A stretch of DNA of 64,000 bases, from positions 24,929 through 88,928 of the forward strand of contig CAZQTD010000002.1 in assembly GCA_964596355.1 (NCBI GenBank), given 5' to 3'. Under the pieces are notes generated by a model that did not search any database, had not been told where the DNA came from, and saw nothing but the letters and a program-made list of their open reading frames with translations. The DNA is from an uncultured Gammaproteobacteria bacterium (GTDB taxonomy: Bacteria; Patescibacteriota; Microgenomatia; UBA10105; UBA927). Positions 1-9,283 of the stretch are shown piece after piece; position 1 is the first letter of the stretch; each line of letters starts with the position of its first letter. The position numbers were made by a program, and so were the translations under genes.

Positions 1-707
1 GATAGTATTGAACGACAAGCAATGAGGAGTTTAGGGAGATCATTCTCAATTTTCCATACTTCTCCTTTAAGGCCCCTGCCAAATCGCGGCGGATCCATGA
101 TAACGCCGTCATAGACGTTTCCTCGCTTAGCTTCGCGGAGAACAAATTTATACGCGTCATCTTGTATCCACCGGATAAGCCCCCTTGTCTGCGGATTATC
201 TATCGCGGACGCGCGCGCGTTGTTATGTGCCCATGTGATGGCGCTTTTTACGCTGTCTACGTGCGTTACTCTGGCGCCGGCTTTGACGGCGGCGAGGGTT
301 GCGCCGCCGGTATAGGCAAAAAGATTGAGAATGGAAAGCGGCCTGCCGTTTATGGTGTTTTTAAGCCACAGCCAGTTTACCGCCTGCTCAGGAAACACGC
401 CGACGTGTTTAAATTCAGTGGAGCGCAAAGTAAACACGAGGTCATGATACGAAACAGACCAGTTGTCTGGCGGATTTCTTTTACTCTTCCATTGTCCGTT
501 TGTATCATTATCTCGTTCATATAGTGCTTCTGCTTTGTTCCATTCGGACTGCGGGAGAGATTTTCTCCACAGCGCCCTTGGATCCGGACGCGCAATAATA
601 AATCCGTTAGCCGGCGGACCGAATCGTTCGAGCTTGCCGCCTTCGCCAGAGTCGATGAGTTGGTAATCTGTCCAATCGGCAGGGAATTCGAGAAATGGAG
701 TAGGCAT
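1..707 (-). CDS. class I SAM-dependent rRNA methyltransferase (RlmI/YwbD-like), partial; C-terminus lies beyond the window edge
   Basis: Manual reverse-strand translation from ATG (complement of 705-707) gives MPTPFLEFPADWTDYQLIDSGEGGKLERFGPPANGFIIARPDP..., which is RlmI/YwbD-like. The frame stays open to position 1. The ORF track omits it because it is edge-truncated. Confidence 0.6.
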   Translation of the reverse strand, partial: MPTPFLEFPADWTDYQLIDSGEGGKLERFGPPANGFIIARPDPRALWRKSLPQSEWNKAEALYERDNDTNGQWKSKRNPPDNWSVSYHDLVFTLRSTEFKHVGVFPEQAVNWLWLKNTINGRPLSILNLFAYTGGATLAAVKAGARVTHVDSVKSAITWAHNNARASAIDNPQTRGLIRWIQDDAYKFVLREAKRGNVYDGVIMDPPRFGRGLKGEVWKIENDLPKLLIACRSIL

Positions 708-724
708 GGTATGATTGTAACATA

Positions 725-1513
725 ATGAAACGCATCCTTTTGGTTCTGGCTCATCCGGACGATGAATCCTTTGCCTGTGGAGGCACTGTGGCGAAATACG
801 TTGACGCAGGTTTTCGGGCAGACCTCATCTGCACCACACGAGGAGAGGCAGGCGGCGGCGGACCGTTCGGAGACATATCCGGCACTGCTTTGGGTGATAT
901 CCGTCAAAAAGAACTGGAGCTTGCCGCTAGCATACTTGGTATATCCACAATCACATTTTTGGGGTATAAAGACGGAACGCTTCACGATGAGCCCCCCGGA
1001 GAAATAGAAGATGCGGTATTTCGTAAGATGATTGAGATGGTTCCTGACTACGTCATCACGTTTGATACGACAGGGATAAGCAATCACCCTGATCATATTA
1101 AAATATGTTTTTCCGCCACGTATGCATTTCAAAAATACGCGTCATGGGTTATAGACATCATGAAAAGACGGGGCAACGCGGATGAAGGACTATTGCCTAA
1201 ATTGTATTATGTTTCCATGCCTGAAAGCGTGGCAACATTTCTTAAGAAAAAGAAGAATATCCCGGAGGAGTCGTTCGGAAGGCCATGGCAGGGTATTGAG
1301 GACAAACGGATAACCACAGTCATCAACATTGAACGGTACCGGTCAATAAAGAAAAAAGCGCTTCGCGCGCACGCGTCACAAACCAGTGATGTCGAGAGAT
1401 TTTTGTCTCTCGCACGGCACCCCCTTCTTACTTACGAATACTTTATTCTGCGCATGCACGGATTACAGGAAGTATTTATGGGCAAAAACGACCGCTTTGC
1501 CAATCGTTTGTAA
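725..1513 (+). CDS. PIG-L/LmbE family N-acetylglucosaminyl deacetylase
   Basis: N-terminal LVLAHPDDESFACGG motif and the HPDH motif are typical of LmbE/PIG-L (BshB/MshB-like) deacetylases. Confidence 0.8.
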   Translation: MKRILLVLAHPDDESFACGGTVAKYVDAGFRADLICTTRGEAGGGGPFGDISGTALGDIRQKELELAASILGISTITFLGYKDGTLHDEPPGEIEDAVFRKMIEMVPDYVITFDTTGISNHPDHIKICFSATYAFQKYASWVIDIMKRRGNADEGLLPKLYYVSMPESVATFLKKKKNIPEESFGRPWQGIEDKRITTVINIERYRSIKKKALRAHASQTSDVERFLSLARHPLLTYEYFILRMHGLQEVFMGKNDRFANRL

Positions 1514-1554
1514 CCTATATCACACTTCTTGCTGTATAATAAGGGACGCCAACT

Positions 1555-2355
1555 ATGAGTATTCTCCTTCGGGTTTGCAACCTGTCCGTATCTATCGGGG
1601 AAAAGCCTGTCCTTTATGCCGTATCCTTTGCTCTTAGAAAAGGGGAAATACTTGCGGTGATGGGGCCCAATGGAAGCGGAAAATCCACGCTCGTTTACGC
1701 GCTTATGGGACACCCGAACTACACTATCAACGATCAAACGTCAAACATTACATTGAACGCAAGAGACATTACGCGTTTATCCACCGAAGAGCGGGCGAAG
1801 GCAGGGCTTTTCATGTCTCTTCAATCGCCTGTTGCGATTCCCGGGGTAACGGTTATGAATATACTTCGGACAGCATATCAGGAGAAACAAGCCAAGGCGC
1901 GGAGGGGGAATAGCCCCCTCCATAACCCCGGACTTGCACAGCGCTGGAACGCAAAAGATCTGACGCTTGCGCAATTTACATCGTTGGTAAAAAATCACGC
2001 AAATCGTCTTCACATTGACGAATCGCTTTTGTCCCGCGGTATTCATGACGGATTTTCAGGTGGAGAAAAGAAAAAAATAGAAATGTTGACCGCACTGGTA
2101 CTTAAACCCAGCGTTGCGATGTTTGATGAAATCGATACGGGATTAGATGTGGATGCGCTTAAAGTCGTTGCCTATGGAATAGAGACGCTCGCCAAAAGCG
2201 GCACGGGAGTTATAATCATCACTCATTATCAGAGAATCCTTAAGTATGTGCGGCCCAGCCGCGTTCATGTGCTTGCCAATGGAAGAATAGTAAAGACCGG
2301 TCGCGCGCAGCTAGCCAGAGAAATAGAAGAACAAGGATATACAACATTCCTGTAA
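1555..2355 (+). CDS. sufC: Fe-S cluster assembly ATPase SufC
   Basis: Walker A GPNGSGKSTL, the MGHPNY motif characteristic of SufC, and the ABC signature SGGEKKK. It is followed directly by sufB. Confidence 0.85.
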   Translation: MSILLRVCNLSVSIGEKPVLYAVSFALRKGEILAVMGPNGSGKSTLVYALMGHPNYTINDQTSNITLNARDITRLSTEERAKAGLFMSLQSPVAIPGVTVMNILRTAYQEKQAKARRGNSPLHNPGLAQRWNAKDLTLAQFTSLVKNHANRLHIDESLLSRGIHDGFSGGEKKKIEMLTALVLKPSVAMFDEIDTGLDVDALKVVAYGIETLAKSGTGVIIITHYQRILKYVRPSRVHVLANGRIVKTGRAQLAREIEEQGYTTFL

Positions 2356-2358
2356 CCG

Positions 2359-3741
2359 ATGCAGATACCGTCCTACAAATACGGATTCCGGAAGCCTGAA
2401 CACTATGTGTTTAAGTCAAAAAAGGGGTTTACCGAAGACGTTGTTAAACAAATTAGCGGTCACAAAAATGAACCGGCGTGGATGCGAAATTTGCGCCTTA
2501 AGAGCTTGAACATCTTTCGAAAAAAGCCTCTTCCCTTGTGGGGAGGGGATCTAGCTGGCATCCGATTTGACGACATCTATTACTACATCCGTCCGATTGA
2601 TCGAAAAGTGTCATCGTGGGAAGAACTGCCGGCAGAAATTAAAGATACGTATGACAAAATTGGAATTCCAGAAGCGGAGAAAAAGTTTCTTGCTGGGGTC
2701 TCGGCTCAATATGAAAGCGAGGTTGTGTATAAAAGTATTCACGCGATGCTTGAAAAAAAAGGCGTTATTTTCCTTGATATGGATTCGGGATTGGCTCAAT
2801 ATCCTGATTTGGTCAAGCAATATTTTGGGACGATTGTGCCTCCGACGGATAACAAATTTGCGGCCCTTAATACGAGCGTCTGGAGCGGAGGATCATTTGT
2901 TTATGTGCCAAAAGGCGTGCGGATAGAGTTGCCGCTTCAGGCATACTTCCGCATTAACGCCGCGAACATGGGGCAGTTTGAGCGAACTCTCATCATCGCC
3001 GAAGAGGGAAGCTACGTCCATTACGTTGAAGGGTGCACGGCTCCGATATATTCGACTGATTCGCTCCACAGCGCGGTTGTGGAAATTATTGTGAAAAAAG
3101 GCGCGCGCGTGCGCTATACGACCATTCAAAACTGGAGTACCAACGTTTACAATCTCGTCACCAAGCGCTCGCGGGTGGAAGAAGAAGGCATTATGGAGTG
3201 GGTAGACGGCAATTTAGGTTCGAAACTGACCATGAAGTATCCGAGCGTTTTCCTTTGTGGCAGAAAAGCCCGTGGGGAAGTATTGTCCATTGCCTATGCA
3301 GGGAAAAACCAGCATCAGGATGCAGGAGGGAAAATGATTCACGCAGCCAGTGAAACATCGTCGCAGATTATTTCCAAATCAATTAGTGGCGGCGGCGGAA
3401 GGACGTCCTACCGCGGATTGGTGTCGGTTAACCCGGACGCCCAACACGTCAAAAGTAAAGTTGTGTGCGACGCGCTTATTTTGGATCCGCAGTCGCGATC
3501 CGATACGTATCCAACGATGCAGATTAAGGCGCCAGATACGCAGATGGAGCATGAGGCAACAGTGTCGAAAATCGGAGATGAACAGCTGTTTTACCTGCAG
3601 TCGCGCGGCATAGACAAAGCCCAAGCACAGTCCATGATCGTCAACGGATTTATTGAGCCGATTGTCAAAGAACTTCCGCTTGAATACGCCGTTGAAATGA
3701 ATCGCTTAATTCAGTTGCAAATGGAAGGGTCGGTAGGATAA
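2359..3741 (+). CDS. sufB: Fe-S cluster assembly protein SufB
   Basis: 460 aa with conserved SufB core and C-terminal region (FYLQSRGI...). Lies between sufC and sufD. Confidence 0.9.
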   Translation: MQIPSYKYGFRKPEHYVFKSKKGFTEDVVKQISGHKNEPAWMRNLRLKSLNIFRKKPLPLWGGDLAGIRFDDIYYYIRPIDRKVSSWEELPAEIKDTYDKIGIPEAEKKFLAGVSAQYESEVVYKSIHAMLEKKGVIFLDMDSGLAQYPDLVKQYFGTIVPPTDNKFAALNTSVWSGGSFVYVPKGVRIELPLQAYFRINAANMGQFERTLIIAEEGSYVHYVEGCTAPIYSTDSLHSAVVEIIVKKGARVRYTTIQNWSTNVYNLVTKRSRVEEEGIMEWVDGNLGSKLTMKYPSVFLCGRKARGEVLSIAYAGKNQHQDAGGKMIHAASETSSQIISKSISGGGGRTSYRGLVSVNPDAQHVKSKVVCDALILDPQSRSDTYPTMQIKAPDTQMEHEATVSKIGDEQLFYLQSRGIDKAQAQSMIVNGFIEPIVKELPLEYAVEMNRLIQLQMEGSVG

Positions 3742-3743
3742 CT

Positions 3744-4376
3744 ATGAACACAATCGCGCTTGCCGATGGTCAAACGGTTGTGATCGCTCCAAGACGAAAG
3801 CGGTCCGTCTATGCGTACAGTCTTGGAGAGTTAGTTGCGTCAACGATCGTTCTTGTCTCGGTCAATCAGGGAGAGCGGGAGATAACGCTGAGGGTGCACT
3901 TGCGCGGAAGCGGCGCAAAAGCCGTAATCATTGGTATCGTGGTGGGCCGAAGCGGGTCGCGTCTGCTTTTGCATACTCACCAATACCACGAGGCGCCTCG
4001 TGCAACAAGCGATCTTCTCATCAAATCGGTGTTACATGATAAGTCAACATTTGAATACGACGGCGGCATACGTGTAGATGAAAACGCACAACAAACGGAC
4101 GCGTATCAGCGGAATGAAAATTTGCTAATTGGGGTGGATGCGTATGCCAGAAGCGATCCTGCGCTGGAAATCCTGGCAAACGATGTGCGCTGCACGCACG
4201 GGGCCACGACCAGTCCTCTCGCGGACGATCAGGTATGGTATTTGGCAAGCCGAGGAATTTCCGCCTCGCGCGCGCAGCGGCTTCTGATCCGTGGCTTTTT
4301 AACAAGCGCGCTTGAAAACATTTCGGACGAAACAGTGCGAAGCAGTGTATGGCAAAAAATAGAAGCTGCGCTATAA
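3744..4376 (+). CDS. sufD: SufD-like protein, truncated (C-terminal SufBD domain only)
   Basis: 210 aa. The C-terminal region (VWYLASRGISASRAQRLLIRGFL) is paralogous to the SufB C-terminus. Its position after sufB supports the call. Confidence 0.6.
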   Translation: MNTIALADGQTVVIAPRRKRSVYAYSLGELVASTIVLVSVNQGEREITLRVHLRGSGAKAVIIGIVVGRSGSRLLLHTHQYHEAPRATSDLLIKSVLHDKSTFEYDGGIRVDENAQQTDAYQRNENLLIGVDAYARSDPALEILANDVRCTHGATTSPLADDQVWYLASRGISASRAQRLLIRGFLTSALENISDETVRSSVWQKIEAAL

Positions 4377-4387
4377 TAAGAGAAACT

Positions 4388-4699
4388 ATGCCAGGCTTTC
4401 GAAATGTATTAAAAACATCAGATCTCTCGGATGGAGCCAAAAAGACCGTGACAGTCAGCGGTAAAAGAATAGCCGTGTTTAATGTGGGCGGAGAATTTTT
4501 TGCCGTGGATGACATGTGCACCCACCAACAGTGTTCACTGGGAACCAATGGATTTTCCGATGGACGGGAAGTCATCTGCGGCTGCCACGGCGCCAGGTTT
4601 GATGTCACGACCGGAAAAGCCCTTTCGCTTCCTGCGACTATAGACCTTGTTACCTACAAAACTAAAGTTGAGGGGGACAACATCCTCATATATGTTTGA
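4388..4699 (+). CDS. Rieske (2Fe-2S) domain ferredoxin
   Basis: CTHQQC...CGCHGARF matches the two Rieske CxH...CxxH boxes. Start refined to the internal ATG at 4388 to avoid overlap with sufD. Confidence 0.75.
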   Translation: MPGFRNVLKTSDLSDGAKKTVTVSGKRIAVFNVGGEFFAVDDMCTHQQCSLGTNGFSDGREVICGCHGARFDVTTGKALSLPATIDLVTYKTKVEGDNILIYV

Positions 4700-5921
4700 C
4701 GCGCAGTTGTACAGGAAAGATTTTCCCCTTTTCAAACGGCGCATCGGCGGAAAGCACATCGTCTATTTGGACAGTACCGCAACATCGCTAAAACCGCAGC
4801 CGGTCATTGACGCAATACGCTCGTATTACACGATGTTTACCGCCAACGTTTTCCGCGGCATTTACACGACGAGCGAAGAGGCAACAGCAGCGTATGAGGG
4901 AGCGCGGGAAAAAGTCGCGGCATTCATTGGCGCTTTAAAAAGCGAGATTGTGTTTACCAGAAATACCGATGAGTCGATAAGCCTTATTGTCTATTCATGG
5001 TTGCCGTATCATGTAAAAAGAGCTGACGAGATTGTTACAACAATTTTGGAGCATCATGCCAATTTCGTACCGTGGCAGCAATACACAGTGAAGAATAAAA
5101 GCGTACTAAAAATATGGAGAATTGATTCATCTGGTCAACTTAAAATAGCTGATTTGGATAAACTTATTACTCGAAAAACAAAAGTACTCGCTTTTACGGC
5201 AACATCCAACGTGCTCGGCACAATTACACCGGTACAAAAGATTGTTGAAAAAGTCAAATCCATCAATCCTCATTGCCTTATTATCGTGGACGCGGCGCAG
5301 GCGGTTCCCCATATGCCGGTTGATGTTAGGGCATGGGGTGCAGATGTTGTGGCGTTTTCCGGCCATAAAATGCTTGGACCATCGGGAATTGGCGTACTAT
5401 GGGCAAAGAAAAAATTGCTTGAGTCTATGCCGCCTTTCATATATGGCGGCGACATGATCCGCGAGGTGCATGAGAAAGAAACAGTATTTAACGATGTGCC
5501 GCACAAATTTGAAGCAGGAACGCCGTACATAGAAGGCGCCATCGGACTGGGAGCTGCGGTTGATTACCTCTCGCGCCTTGGAATGGACAACATCAGAGCA
5601 CATGAAGAGAAGCTTGTTGACTACGCGCTTCATACCCTGCCAAACGTCAAAGGAATCAGGCTGTTTGGGCCGACGGACCATAAAGTTAAAGGTGGTATCG
5701 TAGCTTTTCAGATTCCTGGCATTCATCCGCATGACATCGCACAGGTATTAAACGAAGACAACATCTGTATCAGAGTCGGGTTTCACTGCGCTCAGCCGCT
5801 TCATGAATATCTTGGAATCGGGCCGACTGCCCGCGCTTCGTTTTACGTTTACACAACAACCGATGATATCGACGCGCTGGCAGAAGGATTGCTTAAGGTG
5901 AAGAAAACATTTCTGAATTAA
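4692..5921 (+). CDS. sufS: cysteine desulfurase SufS (class V aminotransferase)
   Basis: Start at MFDAQLYRKDFPLF..., typical of SufS. Contains the PLP-lysine region SGHKMLGPSGIGVL and the active-site cysteine region RVGFHCAQP. Overlaps the Rieske stop by 8 nt. Confidence 0.85.
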   Translation: MFDAQLYRKDFPLFKRRIGGKHIVYLDSTATSLKPQPVIDAIRSYYTMFTANVFRGIYTTSEEATAAYEGAREKVAAFIGALKSEIVFTRNTDESISLIVYSWLPYHVKRADEIVTTILEHHANFVPWQQYTVKNKSVLKIWRIDSSGQLKIADLDKLITRKTKVLAFTATSNVLGTITPVQKIVEKVKSINPHCLIIVDAAQAVPHMPVDVRAWGADVVAFSGHKMLGPSGIGVLWAKKKLLESMPPFIYGGDMIREVHEKETVFNDVPHKFEAGTPYIEGAIGLGAAVDYLSRLGMDNIRAHEEKLVDYALHTLPNVKGIRLFGPTDHKVKGGIVAFQIPGIHPHDIAQVLNEDNICIRVGFHCAQPLHEYLGIGPTARASFYVYTTTDDIDALAEGLLKVKKTFLN

Positions 5922-6307
5922 TGGATATCTATCGTGAAACGATCTTAGACCACTACAAGAATCCGCGTAACGCTGGCACGTTGCGTAGTCCTTCGGTGAC
6001 AGCGACGCTGGCCAATTCTGTCTGCGGAGACTCTATTACGATGGACGTACGTTTCGGAGAAAAAAACAGTATTCGTGAGATTCGGTTTTCCGGCGCGGGG
6101 TGCGCCATTAGCATTGCCAGCGCATCAATGCTGACGGAGCTGGTGTTGGGTAAAAAAGCAGAAGATGTTATGAACATGGGGCTGCAAGATATTCTTGATT
6201 TGCTGGGCACATCACTTACCCCCTCACGGACGAAATGCGCTCTATTGCCTTTAGAAACATTGCAAAAAGCAATTCATAGCTGTATAAACAAATCGTATGG
6301 CAGATGA
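5921..6307 (+). CDS. sufU: SufU/NifU-like Fe-S scaffold (zinc-dependent sulfurtransferase type)
   Basis: MDIYRETILDHYKNPRN start, and cysteines in CGD...GAGCAIS...C spacing typical of SufU/IscU-like proteins. Confidence 0.8.
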   Translation: MDIYRETILDHYKNPRNAGTLRSPSVTATLANSVCGDSITMDVRFGEKNSIREIRFSGAGCAISIASASMLTELVLGKKAEDVMNMGLQDILDLLGTSLTPSRTKCALLPLETLQKAIHSCINKSYGR

Positions 6308-6548
6308 CGCACACGTTGCGCGCAAGATTCGTTCGTACACGATGCGCATTGATCAGAATTTATGCATCGGTGCCGCCACCTGTGTTGCTATTGCTCCAAA
6401 AGCATGGGCGCTTGACGACAATGCTAAGGCCATCATTCTTGACTCTGCTGATCAGGAATCCGACGAAACGCTTCTTGAGGCTGCTAAGAGTTGTCCGGTG
6501 ATGGCGATTATCATAACTGATGAAAACGGGAAACAGGTATTTCCGTAG
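6297..6548 (+). CDS. small ferredoxin (Fer-type, single [3Fe-4S]/[4Fe-4S] cluster)
   Basis: 83 aa with CIGAATC...CPVMAI cysteine pattern like COG1141 ferredoxins. Lies directly upstream of the OFOR genes. Confidence 0.6.
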   Translation: MADDAHVARKIRSYTMRIDQNLCIGAATCVAIAPKAWALDDNAKAIILDSADQESDETLLEAAKSCPVMAIIITDENGKQVFP

Positions 6549-6630
6549 CGAATGATTGTTCTTCGTTCCCTCGACATAGTATGTTGCTACTAGTCAGTTC
6601 GTTTCGTTTTGTGATACGCTGAAGATAGCA

Positions 6631-8361
6631 ATGAGAGATTCAGTTATCTGGAAAATAGGCGGTGAGGCGGGGTTCGGGATTATGTCTGCAGGAACGATGA
6701 TCTGCAGGGCATTTTCGCGCAGAGGTTACCACGTGTTTGCGACCAACGAATATCCGTCGCTTATCCGTGGGGGACATAATCTCATAACGGTGAGAATTTC
6801 TTCCAGGTATTTTGAATCGATGAATAGAGAGCTTCATGTTTTGGTTGCACTGAATAAACAAACAGTTGAGCTTCACATGGAAGAGCTTAATGAGGGCGCA
6901 TATGTTGTTTACGACCCGAAAGACTACGAGTGGAAACCACGTGAATTCCCCAAGCCCGTTACGCTTATTCCCGTTCCGTTGTCAGAATTGGTCGCGCAGT
7001 TTAACGGTCCGCCGGTGATGAGAAATACTGTCGCGCTGGGCGTTTCGGTCGCGCTTTTCGGTGCGCCGCTTGAGTCGCTTTCATCGGTTATCCGCGATCA
7101 GTTTAAGAATAAAAAGCAGGCGGTTATCGACGGCAACATCGCGATAGCCAAAGCGGGGTATGACTTCGTTAAGGAGCATTTTGCCAAAGAAACGTCAATG
7201 TACCTTTCTTTCGCAGAAAAAAAGGAACCCCAGCTTGTTCTCAATGCCAGTGAAGCCGTGGGTCTTGGAGCGGTGCGTGCAGGCTTAAAGTTTGCCGCGA
7301 TTTACCCTATGACGCCGATTAACTCGCTCATTACGTTCCTTGCCGACCATGCTAAAAAACTTCAAATCGTCTATAAACAGCCGGAGGATGAAATTGCGGG
7401 TATCAATATGGCACTTGGAGCATCTGTTGCGGGCGTGCGAAGTATGGTTGCAACAAGCGGCGGCGGCTTTGCGCTCATGGTAGAGGCGTTATCGTTGGCC
7501 GGCATGATGGAGCTACCGATTGTCATAGATGTAGGCATGCGCGTGGGCCCGGCGACTGGCATGCCGACATGGACAGAGCAGGGAGAATTGCAATTTGTGA
7601 TCCATGCGGGTCATGGTGAGTTTCCCAGGATCGTTCTTGCTCCCAGCGATGCCGCGGAAAGTTATGCGATGACAATCGAAGCGTTTAACTTAGCTGATCG
7701 GTATCAAACGCCTGTATTTGTTCTTACTGATAAATACATGAATGAAAGCCAGTGGTGCGTGCCACGATCACAGTTTACGAAAGACGTTGTTATTGATAGG
7801 GGCAAGGTCGCCTCTTCTGATATGCTTGCCGCAGATGGATCGTATAAGCGGTATCGGCTGGATGTTGAGGATGGTGTATCGCCAAGGAGCTTCGTCGGTA
7901 TGAAAAACGGTGTATATTATGCCAATGGGTATGAGCACGATGAGCAGGGATTTGTCACCGAGGCGCCGGATATGCGCGTGAAAATGGCAAGGAAACGCCT
8001 TCGAAAAATCGAAGCGATAGCGAAAGATGCCCGCGGTCCGCAGGTTTACGGTGATGAACGTGCGGATTTGACATTCGTCAGCTGGGGATCGTCGCGGGGT
8101 CCTGTCATAGACGCCATGGAGCTCCTTGCATCAAAAGGCAAAAAAGCAAGACTTATTCATTTTACGTGGATGTACCCATTCCCGACAGAACCCGTAATGA
8201 AACTTTTGGGAGATGCCAAAAGGATTATTGATGTGGAACAAAATGCGACAGGTCAGCTGGCCGCACTTATCATGGAGCACACGGGGATAAAGATTAACGA
8301 CAAAATACTTAAATTTGACGGACGTCCATTGTATCCGGAGGAAATAGTAGAAAACCTATGA
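6631..8361 (+). CDS. 2-oxoacid:ferredoxin oxidoreductase alpha subunit (fused gamma-alpha type)
   Basis: 576 aa. N-terminal GGEAGFG...NEYPSLIRGG is the OFOR gamma-like domain, followed by the alpha domain. Followed by the beta subunit with a 4-nt overlap. Confidence 0.8.
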   Translation: MRDSVIWKIGGEAGFGIMSAGTMICRAFSRRGYHVFATNEYPSLIRGGHNLITVRISSRYFESMNRELHVLVALNKQTVELHMEELNEGAYVVYDPKDYEWKPREFPKPVTLIPVPLSELVAQFNGPPVMRNTVALGVSVALFGAPLESLSSVIRDQFKNKKQAVIDGNIAIAKAGYDFVKEHFAKETSMYLSFAEKKEPQLVLNASEAVGLGAVRAGLKFAAIYPMTPINSLITFLADHAKKLQIVYKQPEDEIAGINMALGASVAGVRSMVATSGGGFALMVEALSLAGMMELPIVIDVGMRVGPATGMPTWTEQGELQFVIHAGHGEFPRIVLAPSDAAESYAMTIEAFNLADRYQTPVFVLTDKYMNESQWCVPRSQFTKDVVIDRGKVASSDMLAADGSYKRYRLDVEDGVSPRSFVGMKNGVYYANGYEHDEQGFVTEAPDMRVKMARKRLRKIEAIAKDARGPQVYGDERADLTFVSWGSSRGPVIDAMELLASKGKKARLIHFTWMYPFPTEPVMKLLGDAKRIIDVEQNATGQLAALIMEHTGIKINDKILKFDGRPLYPEEIVENL

Positions 8362-9218
8362 GTCTTTCATCATCAGTATTTCAAACGCAGTGTCTGCCCA
8401 CATGGTGTCCGGGATGCGGCAATTTCGGCATCTGGATGGCGCTAAAAGAAGCCCTTGCCAAGCTCAACATCGGTCCAAGCGACGGGCTTATTGTCTATGG
8501 CGTGGGATGTCACGGCAACATGTATGATTGGATGAACATGTATGGGTTCGCAGGCCTTCATGGTCGCACGCTGCCGGTAGCTCAAGGAGCGAAGCTTGCC
8601 AATCACACGCTTCCGGTTATTGTAGTATCTGGAGACGGCGACGGGTTGGGCGAGGGAGGCAATCATTTTATCCATGCTGCCAAACGCAATCCAGATATTA
8701 CTGTTATTATTCATGATAATCAGGTGTATGGACTTACCACCGGCCAAGCCTCGCCGACAGCTAAAGCAGGGTTTAAAACAAAATCTACGCCCGAAGGAGT
8801 TGTGGATGCGCCGATTAATCCTTTGATGATGGCGCTTTCTGCAGGAGCGACCTTCGTCGGACGCGGATTTTCCGGCGATACGCCTCACCTTATTCAGCTG
8901 ATTATTGATGCGATCAGTCATAAAGGATTTGCCCTTGTTGACACGCTTCAGCCGTGCGTGACGTTTGACAAGGATCATACCTACGCGTGGTACAGGGAAC
9001 GATTGTATAAATTGGAATCCCAAAACTATACGCCGGACAATAAACTTCAAGCAATGAAAAAGGCGATGGAATGGGGTGATAAAATTCCCTACGGCATCTT
9101 TTACAAGGAAAACAAGCCCACAAGCGAAGATTATGAACCTGCCCTTGTCGGTGGTCCACTTGCCTATCAGCCTCTCGAAAAAATAACCCTCGATGAAGTT
9201 GTAAACGAATTCATATAA
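8358..9218 (+). CDS. 2-oxoacid:ferredoxin oxidoreductase beta subunit (TPP-binding)
   Basis: CPGCGNFG motif near the N-terminus and the TPP-binding GDG motif (SGDGDG). Translationally coupled to the alpha subunit. Confidence 0.85.
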   Translation: MSLSSSVFQTQCLPTWCPGCGNFGIWMALKEALAKLNIGPSDGLIVYGVGCHGNMYDWMNMYGFAGLHGRTLPVAQGAKLANHTLPVIVVSGDGDGLGEGGNHFIHAAKRNPDITVIIHDNQVYGLTTGQASPTAKAGFKTKSTPEGVVDAPINPLMMALSAGATFVGRGFSGDTPHLIQLIIDAISHKGFALVDTLQPCVTFDKDHTYAWYRERLYKLESQNYTPDNKLQAMKKAMEWGDKIPYGIFYKENKPTSEDYEPALVGGPLAYQPLEKITLDEVVNEFI

Positions 9219-9238
9219 ACACTGTTGAGCATCGCTAG

Positions 9239-9267
9239 TTGACTTATGTGTTAGCAGTTGTTATACT
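9239..9267 (+). promoter_or_regulatory. sigma70-like promoter upstream of lon (TTGACT-N17-TATACT)
   Basis: -35 TTGACT at 9239-9244, a 17-nt spacer, and -10 TATACT at 9262-9267. The lon ATG is at 9284. Confidence 0.45.
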
Positions 9268-9283
9268 AGACTGCTAATCAATT

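Noticed and set aside
377-1132. 251-aa minus-strand ORF overlapping the methyltransferase 5' end and the PIG-L deacetylase gene
   Set aside because: It lies antisense to two well-supported genes with clear family motifs and has no recognisable motif of its own. It is most likely a shadow ORF.
4021-4608. 195-aa minus-strand ORF
   Set aside because: Antisense to the sufD-like and Rieske genes. It has a low-complexity composition and no motifs.
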